IMG/VR virus record: IMGVR_UViG_3300024999_000030
Span: 268,731 to 332,730 of that record
Strand: one strand, 5' to 3'
Length of the DNA stretch: 64,000 nucleotides
Positions within the stretch are counted from its first letter, which is position 1; every line of letters begins with the position of its first letter. The notes under the pieces were generated by a model. The model did no database searches and had not been told where the DNA came from. It saw only the letters and a program-made list of their open reading frames with translations. Of this stretch, positions 27,174 through 36,691 are shown in pieces. Made by a program: the position numbers and the translations under genes.

Positions 27174-27530
27174 ATGAGGACAACTAAGAAATATTTTATT
27201 GATAAGATTCTTCATGATCCGAGACAGCGCTTTTATATGAAGAGATCTGAATGTGCAATTATCTTAGAAATTATAATGGAAGCAATTAAGGAATCAATTT
27301 TAAATCAACAGGTGGTAGAATTAAGAGGAATAGGTTCTATTGGTATTAAAGACGTTGGCCCAAAGAGTGTTTATGATTTTAAAGATAATAATACGTACAC
27401 TAAGGAACATATATTGAAGTTAAAATTTTCAGCTTCGCCAGTAATTAAAGAGGAAATTAGAAAATTAAATTCAGAATTAGATTCTGAGGATAAGATTAAA
27501 AGCGACTCAGGAGATGACAATGCAGTGTAA
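27174..27530 (+). CDS. HU/IHF-like DNA-binding protein
   Basis: IMEAIKESILNQQVVELRGIGSI...LKFSASPVIKEEI fits the HU/IHF fold pattern. Confidence 0.75.
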   Translation: MRTTKKYFIDKILHDPRQRFYMKRSECAIILEIIMEAIKESILNQQVVELRGIGSIGIKDVGPKSVYDFKDNNTYTKEHILKLKFSASPVIKEEIRKLNSELDSEDKIKSDSGDDNAV

Positions 27531-28119
27531 TAATTGTAAACATGATATTCCACTAAATATGGCCTTTGCTTATTCAAAGGGAGCCTGTCCATTTTGCGGT
27601 TCAGAATTTTTATCTGATTCAAAAGGATTAGCAATTCAACAGTTTTATAATAAACTATTTGAATGTTTTGGAACTAATCTGGAAATTGATAAAACTTTTA
27701 CTATTCTTGGTTTTCTTTATAGTCCCGGCTCAGAAATAATTATAGAATCTTTAAAGAATTATGGTGACGCTTTTAATGAAATTAGCAAAGAAATATCTAT
27801 TTCGTCAGCTTCCACAGTTGTTGATGTCCCGATAGCTGCCGATGAAGCCAAGGCTTCACCTCCAAATTCATTTAAGCCCCCTAAGCCCCCAGTAAAGAAA
27901 GTCATTAGGCGCTCTGATTCTTCTGAAGATGATTCAAATATCCCATCGGCACCAATGTCTAATACTGGAAAAGATTATTCTATTCCAGAATCAGAAATTA
28001 TAGATTTACCAGAACAATTACAGTCCTTAGCTCGTAATGTAAAAACTAAAGCTGATTATGATTTACTGATGAAGATGGTGGCTGAAACAATGGTGCTGGG
28101 AGATCGTAGTGGCAATTGA
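27520..28119 (+). CDS. Hypothetical protein with an N-terminal zinc ribbon
   Basis: CNNC...CPFCG, Pro/Ser-rich middle. GGAG RBS before ATG 27520. Confidence 0.7.
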   Translation: MQCNNCKHDIPLNMAFAYSKGACPFCGSEFLSDSKGLAIQQFYNKLFECFGTNLEIDKTFTILGFLYSPGSEIIIESLKNYGDAFNEISKEISISSASTVVDVPIAADEAKASPPNSFKPPKPPVKKVIRRSDSSEDDSNIPSAPMSNTGKDYSIPESEIIDLPEQLQSLARNVKTKADYDLLMKMVAETMVLGDRSGN

Positions 28120-28609
28120 ATTTATTAAAGAAGTTTTATCAGCTATAGGTGGAATAAATGAAACTTCATTCCTAGATAAATACACATATATAGATGAGGT
28201 TATTAATCGTATTCCAATGTATAGTTGCATAGATCATAATGTGGCTAAGGAACTGGCGGCTATGTCATTAGCTGGGGCTAATATTTGTTCTGATTTAATT
28301 GGAGAGTTAACCCAAAGATATCAAATGTTAAATATTCTAATGAAAGAAGAGGAGGGAAAAGCTGGATTATTGAGAAGTGGTAAGGGCACAGCTGCAGCAC
28401 AAAAAATGTTTGCCCAAACAGATAAGGGTTTCATTGATGCGGTTACTAAAAAAGCAAACGCAGAAACAATGTTAGAGGCATTAAAAAGAAAATATGATGT
28501 ACTAATGGCTTTACATTATTTGAGTCGAGATATAGTAAAAAGTTTAGCCAAAGCTCCGTCATCGGAATCTTATGATGCGGCAAGCGAAGGTTCTTACGCA
28601 AGGCTATGA
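28109..28609 (+). CDS. UvsY-like recombination mediator (tentative)
   Basis: Helical 166-aa protein with TAAAQKMFAQTD...DAVTKK pattern reminiscent of UvsY. Adjacent to SSB and RecA. Confidence 0.45.
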   Translation: MAIEFIKEVLSAIGGINETSFLDKYTYIDEVINRIPMYSCIDHNVAKELAAMSLAGANICSDLIGELTQRYQMLNILMKEEEGKAGLLRSGKGTAAAQKMFAQTDKGFIDAVTKKANAETMLEALKRKYDVLMALHYLSRDIVKSLAKAPSSESYDAASEGSYARL

Positions 28610-28634
28610 GCCTAAAATAAAAGGAGAAAACAAA

Positions 28635-29474
28635 ATGAGTAATATTTGGGATGAGTTTGAAAAATCTAGCACTGGAGCCGCTAATGGTTCTCAGGGATCT
28701 GCCTCCGTAAAAGACAAGCGTATTGAGTTCAATAAGCCGTCTACTCAGGTTAGATTACTATCCAACAAAGAAGGTTTGAAACGTATGTTTCATTTCATTC
28801 GTGCCGCTGGAACAAAAGGGCGCTCTGTAGTTTGTTGTGGGGAGGGTTGTCCAGTGTGTGCAGTTGGCGATATTCCACAACCTAAGTGGCTTATGGTTGC
28901 CCTAGAGAGGGAAACTCTACGAGTTGGAGTTGTTCAACTTACTAGGGGAATGATGAAGGGAATCTCGGCTCTCCGTAAATTGCAACCTTTTGGCCCAGAC
29001 ATGACGTCGTACGATCTTCTCGTTATTAAGAGCACTGAAAGAAATAAAGATGGAAAGGATCAGACGTCTTATATGGTACATGGTCTACCACAGGGAACCG
29101 TTCCTCAGGTAGACGAAGCGACTCGTAACCGCGTAATTGCGGAAGCTAAAGAGCTAATGGACCACCTTGATGATTTTGCTAAAATTTATTCTCCAGATCA
29201 AACGCTACGGTATCTTGGTTGGGCCACTCCAGGACAAACGGGACCCTCGACTAGTGTTCCCCAGCCATCTAAAGTCACCGTTGCCACTTCCACCTCGGCT
29301 CAGGTAACCCCTCCAACTTTTACACCAGCTACATCAGAAGCGTTCAGTGTTTCCAGCTTCCTATCTAAACCAGAGCCGGAAGCAGATAATACCTTTAAAG
29401 TTGATCCTAAAATTGCCGAGGCTGCGCCATCTGTTGAGCCGGAAGATGAGGATACTCCGCAGTTTAAGCTATGA
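28635..29474 (+). CDS. T4 gp32-like single-stranded DNA-binding protein
   Basis: VRLL...HF...VCCGEGCPVC zinc site, YDLLVIK, acidic C-terminal tail (EPEDEDTPQFKL). AAGGAG RBS before ATG 28635. Confidence 0.75.
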   Translation: MSNIWDEFEKSSTGAANGSQGSASVKDKRIEFNKPSTQVRLLSNKEGLKRMFHFIRAAGTKGRSVVCCGEGCPVCAVGDIPQPKWLMVALERETLRVGVVQLTRGMMKGISALRKLQPFGPDMTSYDLLVIKSTERNKDGKDQTSYMVHGLPQGTVPQVDEATRNRVIAEAKELMDHLDDFAKIYSPDQTLRYLGWATPGQTGPSTSVPQPSKVTVATSTSAQVTPPTFTPATSEAFSVSSFLSKPEPEADNTFKVDPKIAEAAPSVEPEDEDTPQFKL

Positions 29475-30001
29475 TTGTTTTAGCTTTAGATGTTTCATCT
29501 ATTAGTACGGGTTGGGCCAACTTAGCCATATTAAAGGCAAAGAAAGCCAAAGCTCCATTGGCCAAGGTTAAAGGCTTCGGTTGTATTATGCCGAAGTCTT
29601 CCTTGTCCACTGAAAGACTTATTATGTTTGAAAGTCAATTGAAGAGTTTAATTTATGAAGTCAAACCAGATATATGTGTTATCGAAGATCTAAATCATTT
29701 GAGAAATATGGATGTTGTTAAAGTCTTAGCTTCTTTTTTAGGTACAGCTAAAAAAGTGTGTTACGAATATCATAAACAAGAACCCATTTTGATTAGAAGA
29801 TCTCACGTTCTTAAGCAAACTGTTGGCAATGGGGATGCTTCCAAAGAAGAAGTAGTTAAATATATTGAAAAATTATTTAATCTTACCTTACCTGAAATTG
29901 GGAAGGAAGATATTGCCGATGCCATTGTTACTGGTTATTGTTATGTTATTGAAGCTGGAAAAATCCCAACAACAGAAGGAGATGGTAATGGCAAAAATTA
30001 A
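29471..30001 (+). CDS. ruvC: RuvC-like Holliday junction resolvase
   Basis: VLALDVS...TGW, VIED, GNGDASKEEV, DIADAI. Confidence 0.88.
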   Translation: MIVLALDVSSISTGWANLAILKAKKAKAPLAKVKGFGCIMPKSSLSTERLIMFESQLKSLIYEVKPDICVIEDLNHLRNMDVVKVLASFLGTAKKVCYEYHKQEPILIRRSHVLKQTVGNGDASKEEVVKYIEKLFNLTLPEIGKEDIADAIVTGYCYVIEAGKIPTTEGDGNGKN

Positions 30002-31127
30002 AGAGAAAGAGGACAATCCCTTTTCTGATACTAAACGCACTGGTATTCTTAAAAAGTTTTTCGAAGAAGCAGCATGGAATGAAGATAGAGATGCCAAAAT
30101 TACGGTTGTTCCAACATCTTCATTTGCATTGAATTATATTTTAGGAGTGGGTGGCCTTCCTCTTGGCCGTATTGTCCAACTTGCTGGAGCTGAATCTTCT
30201 GGGAAGACTACTCTCTGCATGGACCTCATGCGACATGCAGAGGATATGGGATACAGTTTTTTGTTTTTTGACGTAGAACAAACATATAGTGCTGATCTTG
30301 CAAACAAAATTGGTATTAAGACTCCTCCCTCTGAGTATATGGTTAAGGAGTCTAGGGCCGCTGTTATTTGGTCTAAGCTGATTGGGCCACATAAGGGACT
30401 TAAAAAACAAGAAGGAATTTTATGTCCAGATAGTGAAATTGGAAATTATTTCTTAAAGGAAAAAAATCTTAAACTTATTTTTATAGACAGTTTAAATTCT
30501 TTAATCGTTCCTAGGGTCGAAAATTCAGATTTAGGCACTCAACAAGTTGGAGCATTATCTTCTTTCTTATCTCAAAATCTTCCTTTGCTAGTGCCTAAGT
30601 TAGCCTTTGCTGGCGTTACCCTTGTTGGAATTCAACAGTTGCGCAGTAAGATTGGTGTAATGTATGGGGACCCCACAACAACTTCTGGAGGTCGTGCCTG
30701 GAAACACGATGTATCTGTTTCAATTAACTTGACACCAAGTGAAGCTAAAGACAATAAAATCTTTGATGGCGAGGGTGCGGTTATAGGTACATCAGTTACC
30801 GCTTATATTTCTAAATCTAAAGTTTCTAGACCATATATGAAGGGCCATTATAAAGTAATTTTTGGCCAAGGGGTTGTTGAGCAAGAGCGTGAGGTTTTTG
30901 ATATTGCACTTCGTCGTAGGGTAATAACTAAACCAAACACTCAAAGTTATGAATTTGAAGGAGCAACGTGGCGAGGAGAAAAAGCAATTCTGGAATCAAT
31001 TGCAACAGATGAATCTTTGCGTAATAAAATTATTGCTAGTATTTATGCTCGCCGTTATGAAACTCTAGATGGTGAATTTGATGTAGCTCCACCAGAGGGT
31101 ATGATTTCAGATGATCAAGATGTTTAA
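29988..31127 (+). CDS. recA: RecA/UvsX recombinase
   Basis: GGLPLGRIVQLAGAESSGKTT, FIDSL, IQQLRSKIGVMYGDPTTTSGGRAWKH. AAGGAG RBS before ATG 29988. Confidence 0.95.
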   Translation: MAKIKEKEDNPFSDTKRTGILKKFFEEAAWNEDRDAKITVVPTSSFALNYILGVGGLPLGRIVQLAGAESSGKTTLCMDLMRHAEDMGYSFLFFDVEQTYSADLANKIGIKTPPSEYMVKESRAAVIWSKLIGPHKGLKKQEGILCPDSEIGNYFLKEKNLKLIFIDSLNSLIVPRVENSDLGTQQVGALSSFLSQNLPLLVPKLAFAGVTLVGIQQLRSKIGVMYGDPTTTSGGRAWKHDVSVSINLTPSEAKDNKIFDGEGAVIGTSVTAYISKSKVSRPYMKGHYKVIFGQGVVEQEREVFDIALRRRVITKPNTQSYEFEGATWRGEKAILESIATDESLRNKIIASIYARRYETLDGEFDVAPPEGMISDDQDV

Positions 31128-31142
31128 ATCCAGGAGGATAAA

Positions 31143-31568
31143 ATGTTAACTACTTGTAATAAGTGCGGCTCACAAAAAGAAGTAAGGCTTAGAAAAAGTG
31201 ACAATAAACCAGTGTGTATTGAATGTGGAGCAGAAGTGCCCCTCTCCAATATTATGATTGAAAATATGAAGAGGACTAACGATTATATTACCGCTTCAGA
31301 TAATAAAGTACCATTTGGATGTAAGTGTGATAAGTGCGGAGCTATTGCTGAACTTATTTTTAACTCAACAACTAATAAAGCTGAGTGTACCATTTGCCAT
31401 AAGACCATGGACATTACACCGTTTATGATTAAAGCACTTCAGATTTCTGGTCATTATAATCCATCTAAAGATTCAGTGGTTTCTCTCGAAGAGAAAGAAG
31501 AGGTTAAAAAGAATGTGCCTGGACCCAATAAGCAAACTCGTGGAGCTGTGTCACGCAAATCTAAGTAA
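31143..31568 (+). CDS. Duplicated zinc-ribbon protein
   Basis: Two similar CxxC...CxxC modules (CNKC/CIEC and CDKC/CTIC). AGGAGG RBS. Confidence 0.75.
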   Translation: MLTTCNKCGSQKEVRLRKSDNKPVCIECGAEVPLSNIMIENMKRTNDYITASDNKVPFGCKCDKCGAIAELIFNSTTNKAECTICHKTMDITPFMIKALQISGHYNPSKDSVVSLEEKEEVKKNVPGPNKQTRGAVSRKSK

Positions 31569-32310
31569 CCTTCATAGAGATTATTTTATGAGACGTGGGT
31601 ATAGTTCTGACGCTATGGATTCTTTTAGTGTCGGAACTTTTCCCTTAGATTTAATTGTTGCCTCATTAAACTGTAATCAGTTAATTAATCTTAAGATTTT
31701 ATACGCACCTAAGCCAGGTTCCACATTATATTATTCGGAGTTCAGGGATAGAATTATTATTCCAGTACATGATGCATATGGTAAGGTAGTGGGTATTACT
31801 GGGAGATTGTTAACAGAGGATCCAAATAGAGGTAAATATTACAACAGCGATTACCCAAAGGTATCTACATTATTTAATTTACATAGAGCTAAAAATGAAA
31901 TTATAAAATCTGGATATGCCGTAGTAGTAGAGGGTAATTTAGATGTGGTGGCTATGTGGGATGCCGGAATTAAAAATGTTGTGGCCTGTACTGGGGCATT
32001 TATTACTCCAAAGCAAGTTCGTAAGTTACTTAGGTATACCGATAAAGTTTTAGTGGCAACTGATAACGATAATGCAGGTCACGCTTCTTATACTAAGTTT
32101 CTTAAAAATTCAGCGTATTATATTGAAAACAAATCGCTTAGCTCTATTAGAATTATTCCTCCATTCGGCTTAAAAGATCCAGATGATTTTATTAAAAAAT
32201 ATGGAGCTAACACATGTCGGGAGTGGGTTGCCGCAGGCGCCCGGCATCTCACATGCAACGATGGCAACGATACTACTAGCTTCAAAGGAGTGTGGAATGT
32301 CTGTAAATAA
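31513..32310 (+). CDS. dnaG: DnaG-type primase catalytic/TOPRIM domain lacking the zinc-binding domain
   Basis: FRDRIIIPV, GITGR, KYYNS, LFNL, VVVEGNLDV, ACTG, ATDNDNAG, KDPDDFI. Confidence 0.9.
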   Translation: MCLDPISKLVELCHANLSNLHRDYFMRRGYSSDAMDSFSVGTFPLDLIVASLNCNQLINLKILYAPKPGSTLYYSEFRDRIIIPVHDAYGKVVGITGRLLTEDPNRGKYYNSDYPKVSTLFNLHRAKNEIIKSGYAVVVEGNLDVVAMWDAGIKNVVACTGAFITPKQVRKLLRYTDKVLVATDNDNAGHASYTKFLKNSAYYIENKSLSSIRIIPPFGLKDPDDFIKKYGANTCREWVAAGARHLTCNDGNDTTSFKGVWNVCK

Positions 32311-32887
32311 AGGACGCAGTAAGCGTTATCAATATAAGTTTAGAGAAATACCAGTGGAATCTATGGATGTTTTTTCCGATAACATGGCCCTTCACAATGC
32401 AGAAAATATATCTAGTGCACAAAAACAAAAGCAAAAAGAAGGAATTCTAGGTGCTATTTTTGAAATAGCAGACGAACAATTAACACAAAGACAAAAAGAT
32501 ATTTTGTATTGTAGATATGTTTTGGGCTTAACTCAGGTTGAAATAGGTAAGCGACTCGGAATTACTCAGAGTTGTGTTTCCCTTCAAATTAATGGTATTC
32601 CTAATTATACTTATTCTAAGAAACATGGTGGAATTTTACCTAAGCTTAAGAAAATGTGTGTTGGAGAAGCGGCTGTTGCCTCTGGGTCGGCTACAACTGA
32701 AGAGACAGACGCCCTTCTTAAAACAATCAAGAGTAGAATTAAAAAAGCTCATCCCGAATATACAGAAATAGATTTAACTAGAAAGGCAGTAGAGAGCTTA
32801 TCAAACATGGGGAAAATATCAGATTTATTTGAAATGTTAGTTAAAGATGACATTGAGTATGACGAAGAGGATCTTTCTCACACATAA
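32297..32887 (+). CDS. Sigma-70 region 4-type HTH protein (no region 2)
   Basis: LTQRQKDILYCRYVLGLTQVEIGKRLGITQSCVS. AAGGAG RBS before ATG 32297. Confidence 0.8.
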   Translation: MSVNKGRSKRYQYKFREIPVESMDVFSDNMALHNAENISSAQKQKQKEGILGAIFEIADEQLTQRQKDILYCRYVLGLTQVEIGKRLGITQSCVSLQINGIPNYTYSKKHGGILPKLKKMCVGEAAVASGSATTEETDALLKTIKSRIKKAHPEYTEIDLTRKAVESLSNMGKISDLFEMLVKDDIEYDEEDLSHT

Positions 32888-32892
32888 TCTTC

Positions 32893-32901
32893 CTATTAAT
32901 A
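32893..32901 (+). promoter_or_regulatory. CTATTAATA motif (candidate late promoter) at the start of the head block
   Basis: Exact motif in the intergenic gap at the replication/structural boundary. Confidence 0.6.
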
Positions 32902-32948
32902 ATTAAGTATACCATTGGCGTGAGCCATATTCTTTTGTGGAGGACACA

Positions 32949-33437
32949 ATGGGCTACTGGGAAGAGTTAGATAAAATTGTAAAAAGAAGTACTGACAGGC
33001 AGGTAGAAGGGGGCCCTATTAATTTAAAGATTGGGTCTGAACTACCTGTCGATCAGTTTAATCTATATTTTGTTAAGACTGCTTTTGATCTTTGGCAGCT
33101 TGATCCAAACGTACAAATGGACGATGCATACTGGCGACTAGATAAGGATCGTGGTTGCTTTGTAAAGCTTTATGAGGGCCAAGCAGAATCACACGATCAC
33201 CGCTGGAGTGTATATGCGGACAATGATAATGATAAGATTTCTGTAGCATACAAGGGTGATGCCATTGCCACCATGGAGCTTAAGAGTTTTGGTTTCGGCG
33301 CGGGCATCGATTTAATTACTATTAAACGCAGTCTACTTAAATTATTAAGCACTAAAGAGGGACAGGATTCTGTTCTTAGTCTTGTAGCAGAAACTGAGCG
33401 TAAATTAATTACTCGCAAATATCCTGAGTTGTCATAA
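32949..33437 (+). CDS. Hypothetical protein, putative virion protein
   Basis: GGAGG RBS before ATG 32949. Contains FVKTA. Confidence 0.75.
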   Translation: MGYWEELDKIVKRSTDRQVEGGPINLKIGSELPVDQFNLYFVKTAFDLWQLDPNVQMDDAYWRLDKDRGCFVKLYEGQAESHDHRWSVYADNDNDKISVAYKGDAIATMELKSFGFGAGIDLITIKRSLLKLLSTKEGQDSVLSLVAETERKLITRKYPELS

Positions 33438-33445
33438 GAGATGAT

Positions 33446-34276
33446 ATGAGATTAACCACAGCTGAAACTAAAGCAGATATTTTTTTATTCCCCAGACTAC
33501 AGCTTATTGCTGCTAATTTAGAATTACAGGGATTATTACAAGATTTATTACAAGTGGCTTTAGATAATGAAGTGGAAGCTGAGGTAGAGGTTCCAGAAGA
33601 GGAAGCGGTTATGTCGGAAGAAAATACAATTCCCAATGAAAAAGCTCCCACTGAAACTAAATCTGAGACCTCTTCTGATTTATTAAACGTTCCCTCTTCT
33701 GAACCTTCGATTATGGAAAACAAGAGTGCCACCATTCAGGGTAAAATTAAAACAGCTGTTCAAATGGAATCAGCTTCTAAAGCTGAAGCAACAGATGCTT
33801 TAGCCAATGTGATAGTAAAATTAGCTAATTTATCAAAACAAATTGTTAGAGTTGTAGACGGGGCATCTGAAATAACATCTACCTTGGGACTAGAAGACGA
33901 TGAAGAGTTTTCAAATAAAATGTTAAAAATTCTTATATCTGGTCTTTCTTCAAAGGGAAATAATACAGCTGTAAAGAATTTTCTTAATCTTAAGGATGCT
34001 CCTAACTCTGTTCCATCAGATTTATATATTGTTATCGATGATGTAATTAAACAATATTTTGAAAAATCTGATCATAAAAAAGAAATTACGGGCCCCATTA
34101 GACAAATATTACAAAATGGATCAGCCCGAGCCCCCTCTGCTAGAGCCCTACATCAGCATTGGTTTTTGGTGAAACTTCAATCTGAACTTAGGAAAGTTAT
34201 TAAATGGACACCATCCACTACACCAACTGAGGTAGCTCCAGAGAAGAAACCAGAAGTACTTGAGGGCAATATATGA
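33446..34276 (+). CDS. Hypothetical acidic protein, putative internal head protein
   Basis: Acidic low-complexity segment with IKTA and VKLA motifs. Confidence 0.7.
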   Translation: MRLTTAETKADIFLFPRLQLIAANLELQGLLQDLLQVALDNEVEAEVEVPEEEAVMSEENTIPNEKAPTETKSETSSDLLNVPSSEPSIMENKSATIQGKIKTAVQMESASKAEATDALANVIVKLANLSKQIVRVVDGASEITSTLGLEDDEEFSNKMLKILISGLSSKGNNTAVKNFLNLKDAPNSVPSDLYIVIDDVIKQYFEKSDHKKEITGPIRQILQNGSARAPSARALHQHWFLVKLQSELRKVIKWTPSTTPTEVAPEKKPEVLEGNI

Positions 34277-35214
34277 AATACGATAAATTAATTAAGTTGT
34301 CTTTTTTATCTAGAAAGCTAGAGTTATTAAAATTAGCGGAACCAATGCCCGCAGTGTCGGCTACCCCTCCACCTAAAAAAAATCCACAACTAACAGTCAA
34401 ATTAATGCAAGCATTTAGTATGTTAAGTAGTTTGGCCGCCGGTGAGGATTTGAAAATTATTGAGCAGGGTATAGCTAAAAACCCCACTTTAAAAGAGTCG
34501 TGGGATAGAGTTAAAGGCATGCAATCTAAAATGTCGGGCAGACCAGAAATAATGAAAGATATAGAAGAGGCTAATCGCTTAGCTGTAATTTTTTGGCAAG
34601 CATTAAATAATCTTGAAACTTTATCTGAAAAAGATGTAACTGCTAGAACAAATAAAATTAAAGACTCCGTAGAGGCTTTAAAGAAAAGTGTTAATGAAAT
34701 TTTAAAAAAATCTGATACTAATTCTGCTGACAACAATGCTACCCTATCAATTATGTCAATACCAGCAACCCGTAAAACGTTGCAAGATATGGCGAAGATT
34801 TTAAATGCTAGTGGGGCGTTGGAAGATACTAGAACTAATGTTCTTAATGTCGTAGCTAAACCAGAATCTAAAACGGCGTTGGCTAACATTGCCACTGGAA
34901 TAACGGCCACTGATATATTATCAAAAATTGAATCAGTGGATAAGCCATTGGAAAGAAAACCGATAAGCACTAGAGTTCCAAGCTCTCGTACAAGAACAGA
35001 GGCAGAACCAAGAGCAAAATATAAATTTAAAGGAAAGGCGGCAGCAGCCCTTAATAATATATCTAAATGGTTTGATAATTATGCAAATTTAATTGCATCT
35101 AGTATTAGATCTAGTCAAACAGATAAACTTGTAAGAAGTGGGCTTGCCTCTAAGATAGGAGAGAATCAAGTCGACGCAGTTAAAAAAGAAATCAAAAAAT
35201 TAACTGGCAAATAA
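34273..35214 (+). CDS. Hypothetical helical protein, putative internal head protein
   Basis: N-terminal ...LELLKLA followed by a Pro-rich linker. Confidence 0.75.
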   Translation: MKYDKLIKLSFLSRKLELLKLAEPMPAVSATPPPKKNPQLTVKLMQAFSMLSSLAAGEDLKIIEQGIAKNPTLKESWDRVKGMQSKMSGRPEIMKDIEEANRLAVIFWQALNNLETLSEKDVTARTNKIKDSVEALKKSVNEILKKSDTNSADNNATLSIMSIPATRKTLQDMAKILNASGALEDTRTNVLNVVAKPESKTALANIATGITATDILSKIESVDKPLERKPISTRVPSSRTRTEAEPRAKYKFKGKAAAALNNISKWFDNYANLIASSIRSSQTDKLVRSGLASKIGENQVDAVKKEIKKLTGK

Positions 35215-35227
35215 AATGGAGGATTAC

Positions 35228-36358
35228 ATGAGTAACAATATTTTTAGATTAGCTAGTAAACTGGCGGCGGCGTATAAGGAAATTCCTTATTCTGTCTTGA
35301 ATCGCTTTCTATTAGAAAAGACAGCACAGTTCCCGCAAGATAGAGTTCTACAACACGCTGGCGCAATTATTGAACGTCGCACAGCCAGTCAGCCTTTTGG
35401 GGTTATTACTGTTAAAGATTTAGATACTTTAATTGGTGAGTTGGCATCGTTTGGAGATACAAATCATACACGTAATCTTTTTAGTGTATATTTAACCGAA
35501 GGGCCAGCTAACGCCCCTGCTCGTGCTGGTGAGGTTTTTACTGATGACACAAGAGAGATGAAAAATTCCAATAAAGAAGTAGAAGATATTGCTCCTGTTG
35601 CTGGAGTAGATCCAAAAGAAATTTTTTCTGAATATACAATATCTCGCAAATATGATGCCCAGACCATAGCTAAGGGAGCGGATGTTGTTATGAGATCTGT
35701 TCAGGCTTCCTTTGGAGCAGTTCCAACTTCTATTAAATTTGCCAAGGATACAGAAAAGGGTGTTTCTTATTTTGTTAAAGTTACGGCCAAAGTGGGTAAA
35801 ATGGAAATTGAGGTCCCTATCGAGAAAACAACTATGGGATTTCATAAACCTATTTCTTTTTTATGTAAGTCCGCAGCAGAAGAGGTTATAGAATATACTC
35901 TTAATGCCGATGGCGCCGAGAAGGCCACTAATATTATCGAGCAACAAGCCTCTTTTACTTTTGATGCTTCTTGGTTGAAAATGAATTTTGCTGAATTACG
36001 TAGTGAAATGTTGAAGTCTGCCATAAAGAAAGATTATAAACAAGCAGAAGAAGCTATTCGTCTTATTGGTTCTAAATTTCCTACTATGATGAAAGCTATT
36101 CTTGATGATTTTCAACATGTCTTAGTGGCTTTTCAAAAAGCCGAGAATACTCATTTTTGCAATAAGTGTTCCTTTTATCAGCCAGCTGGGGTTAAGTCAG
36201 CCAGTGTTGATAATTACTGTGCAAGGCTAAGAGCTTCCACTAAGCAAATTGTGAAGTCCGCTAATCCAGAAGAATGTGAAATGCTAGGAGCTTCTATGAA
36301 GCGCACTATCCCTGGGTTTGAGGGAACAATAAGCACAAGCAATATCAAGCTTACTTAA
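35228..36358 (+). CDS. Hypothetical protein with C-terminal Cys cluster, putative virion protein
   Basis: GGAGG RBS before 35228. Multiple K-x-A motifs and CNKC...C...C. Confidence 0.78.
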   Translation: MSNNIFRLASKLAAAYKEIPYSVLNRFLLEKTAQFPQDRVLQHAGAIIERRTASQPFGVITVKDLDTLIGELASFGDTNHTRNLFSVYLTEGPANAPARAGEVFTDDTREMKNSNKEVEDIAPVAGVDPKEIFSEYTISRKYDAQTIAKGADVVMRSVQASFGAVPTSIKFAKDTEKGVSYFVKVTAKVGKMEIEVPIEKTTMGFHKPISFLCKSAAEEVIEYTLNADGAEKATNIIEQQASFTFDASWLKMNFAELRSEMLKSAIKKDYKQAEEAIRLIGSKFPTMMKAILDDFQHVLVAFQKAENTHFCNKCSFYQPAGVKSASVDNYCARLRASTKQIVKSANPEECEMLGASMKRTIPGFEGTISTSNIKLT

Positions 36359-36370
36359 GTGGGAGCCGTT

Positions 36371-36691
36371 ATGAATAGTAAATTAGTGGTTGCCACTTTT
36401 ATAATGGCTAATGAAGTTCCAGCTCCAGGAGAACTGGAGCATGATATGATTTATGGTCCCACTTCGGTTCAAACCAGAAACTGTCCAGATATGCATGGGG
36501 TTCCTATGCAATATATAGGAGAGGGAACATATGTAAATCCTATAACTGGCCAGGTATATGATTTTAAAAATGGTTTTAGATTAGGAGATGAAATAATATC
36601 GCCAGCCAGTATAGAGGAACAACATATAGTGGATAATCCTTTTACTAATGGTGTCCCACATGACGTATATACATTTAGGAGACAGATGTAA
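36371..36691 (+). CDS. Hypothetical protein
   Basis: GGGAG RBS. TRNCPDMHGVPM...YVNPITGQVYDF. Confidence 0.7.
   Translation: MNSKLVVATFIMANEVPAPGELEHDMIYGPTSVQTRNCPDMHGVPMQYIGEGTYVNPITGQVYDFKNGFRLGDEIISPASIEEQHIVDNPFTNGVPHDVYTFRRQM

Noticed and set aside
8670-31127. Reading rpsU, tig, dnaE, recA, ruvC and sbcCD as a bacterial chromosome segment or prophage flank
   Set aside because: The genes are divergent, lack their normal bacterial neighbours, are interleaved with orphans, share phage-wide promoter motifs, and run on one strand into terminase, portal and protease.
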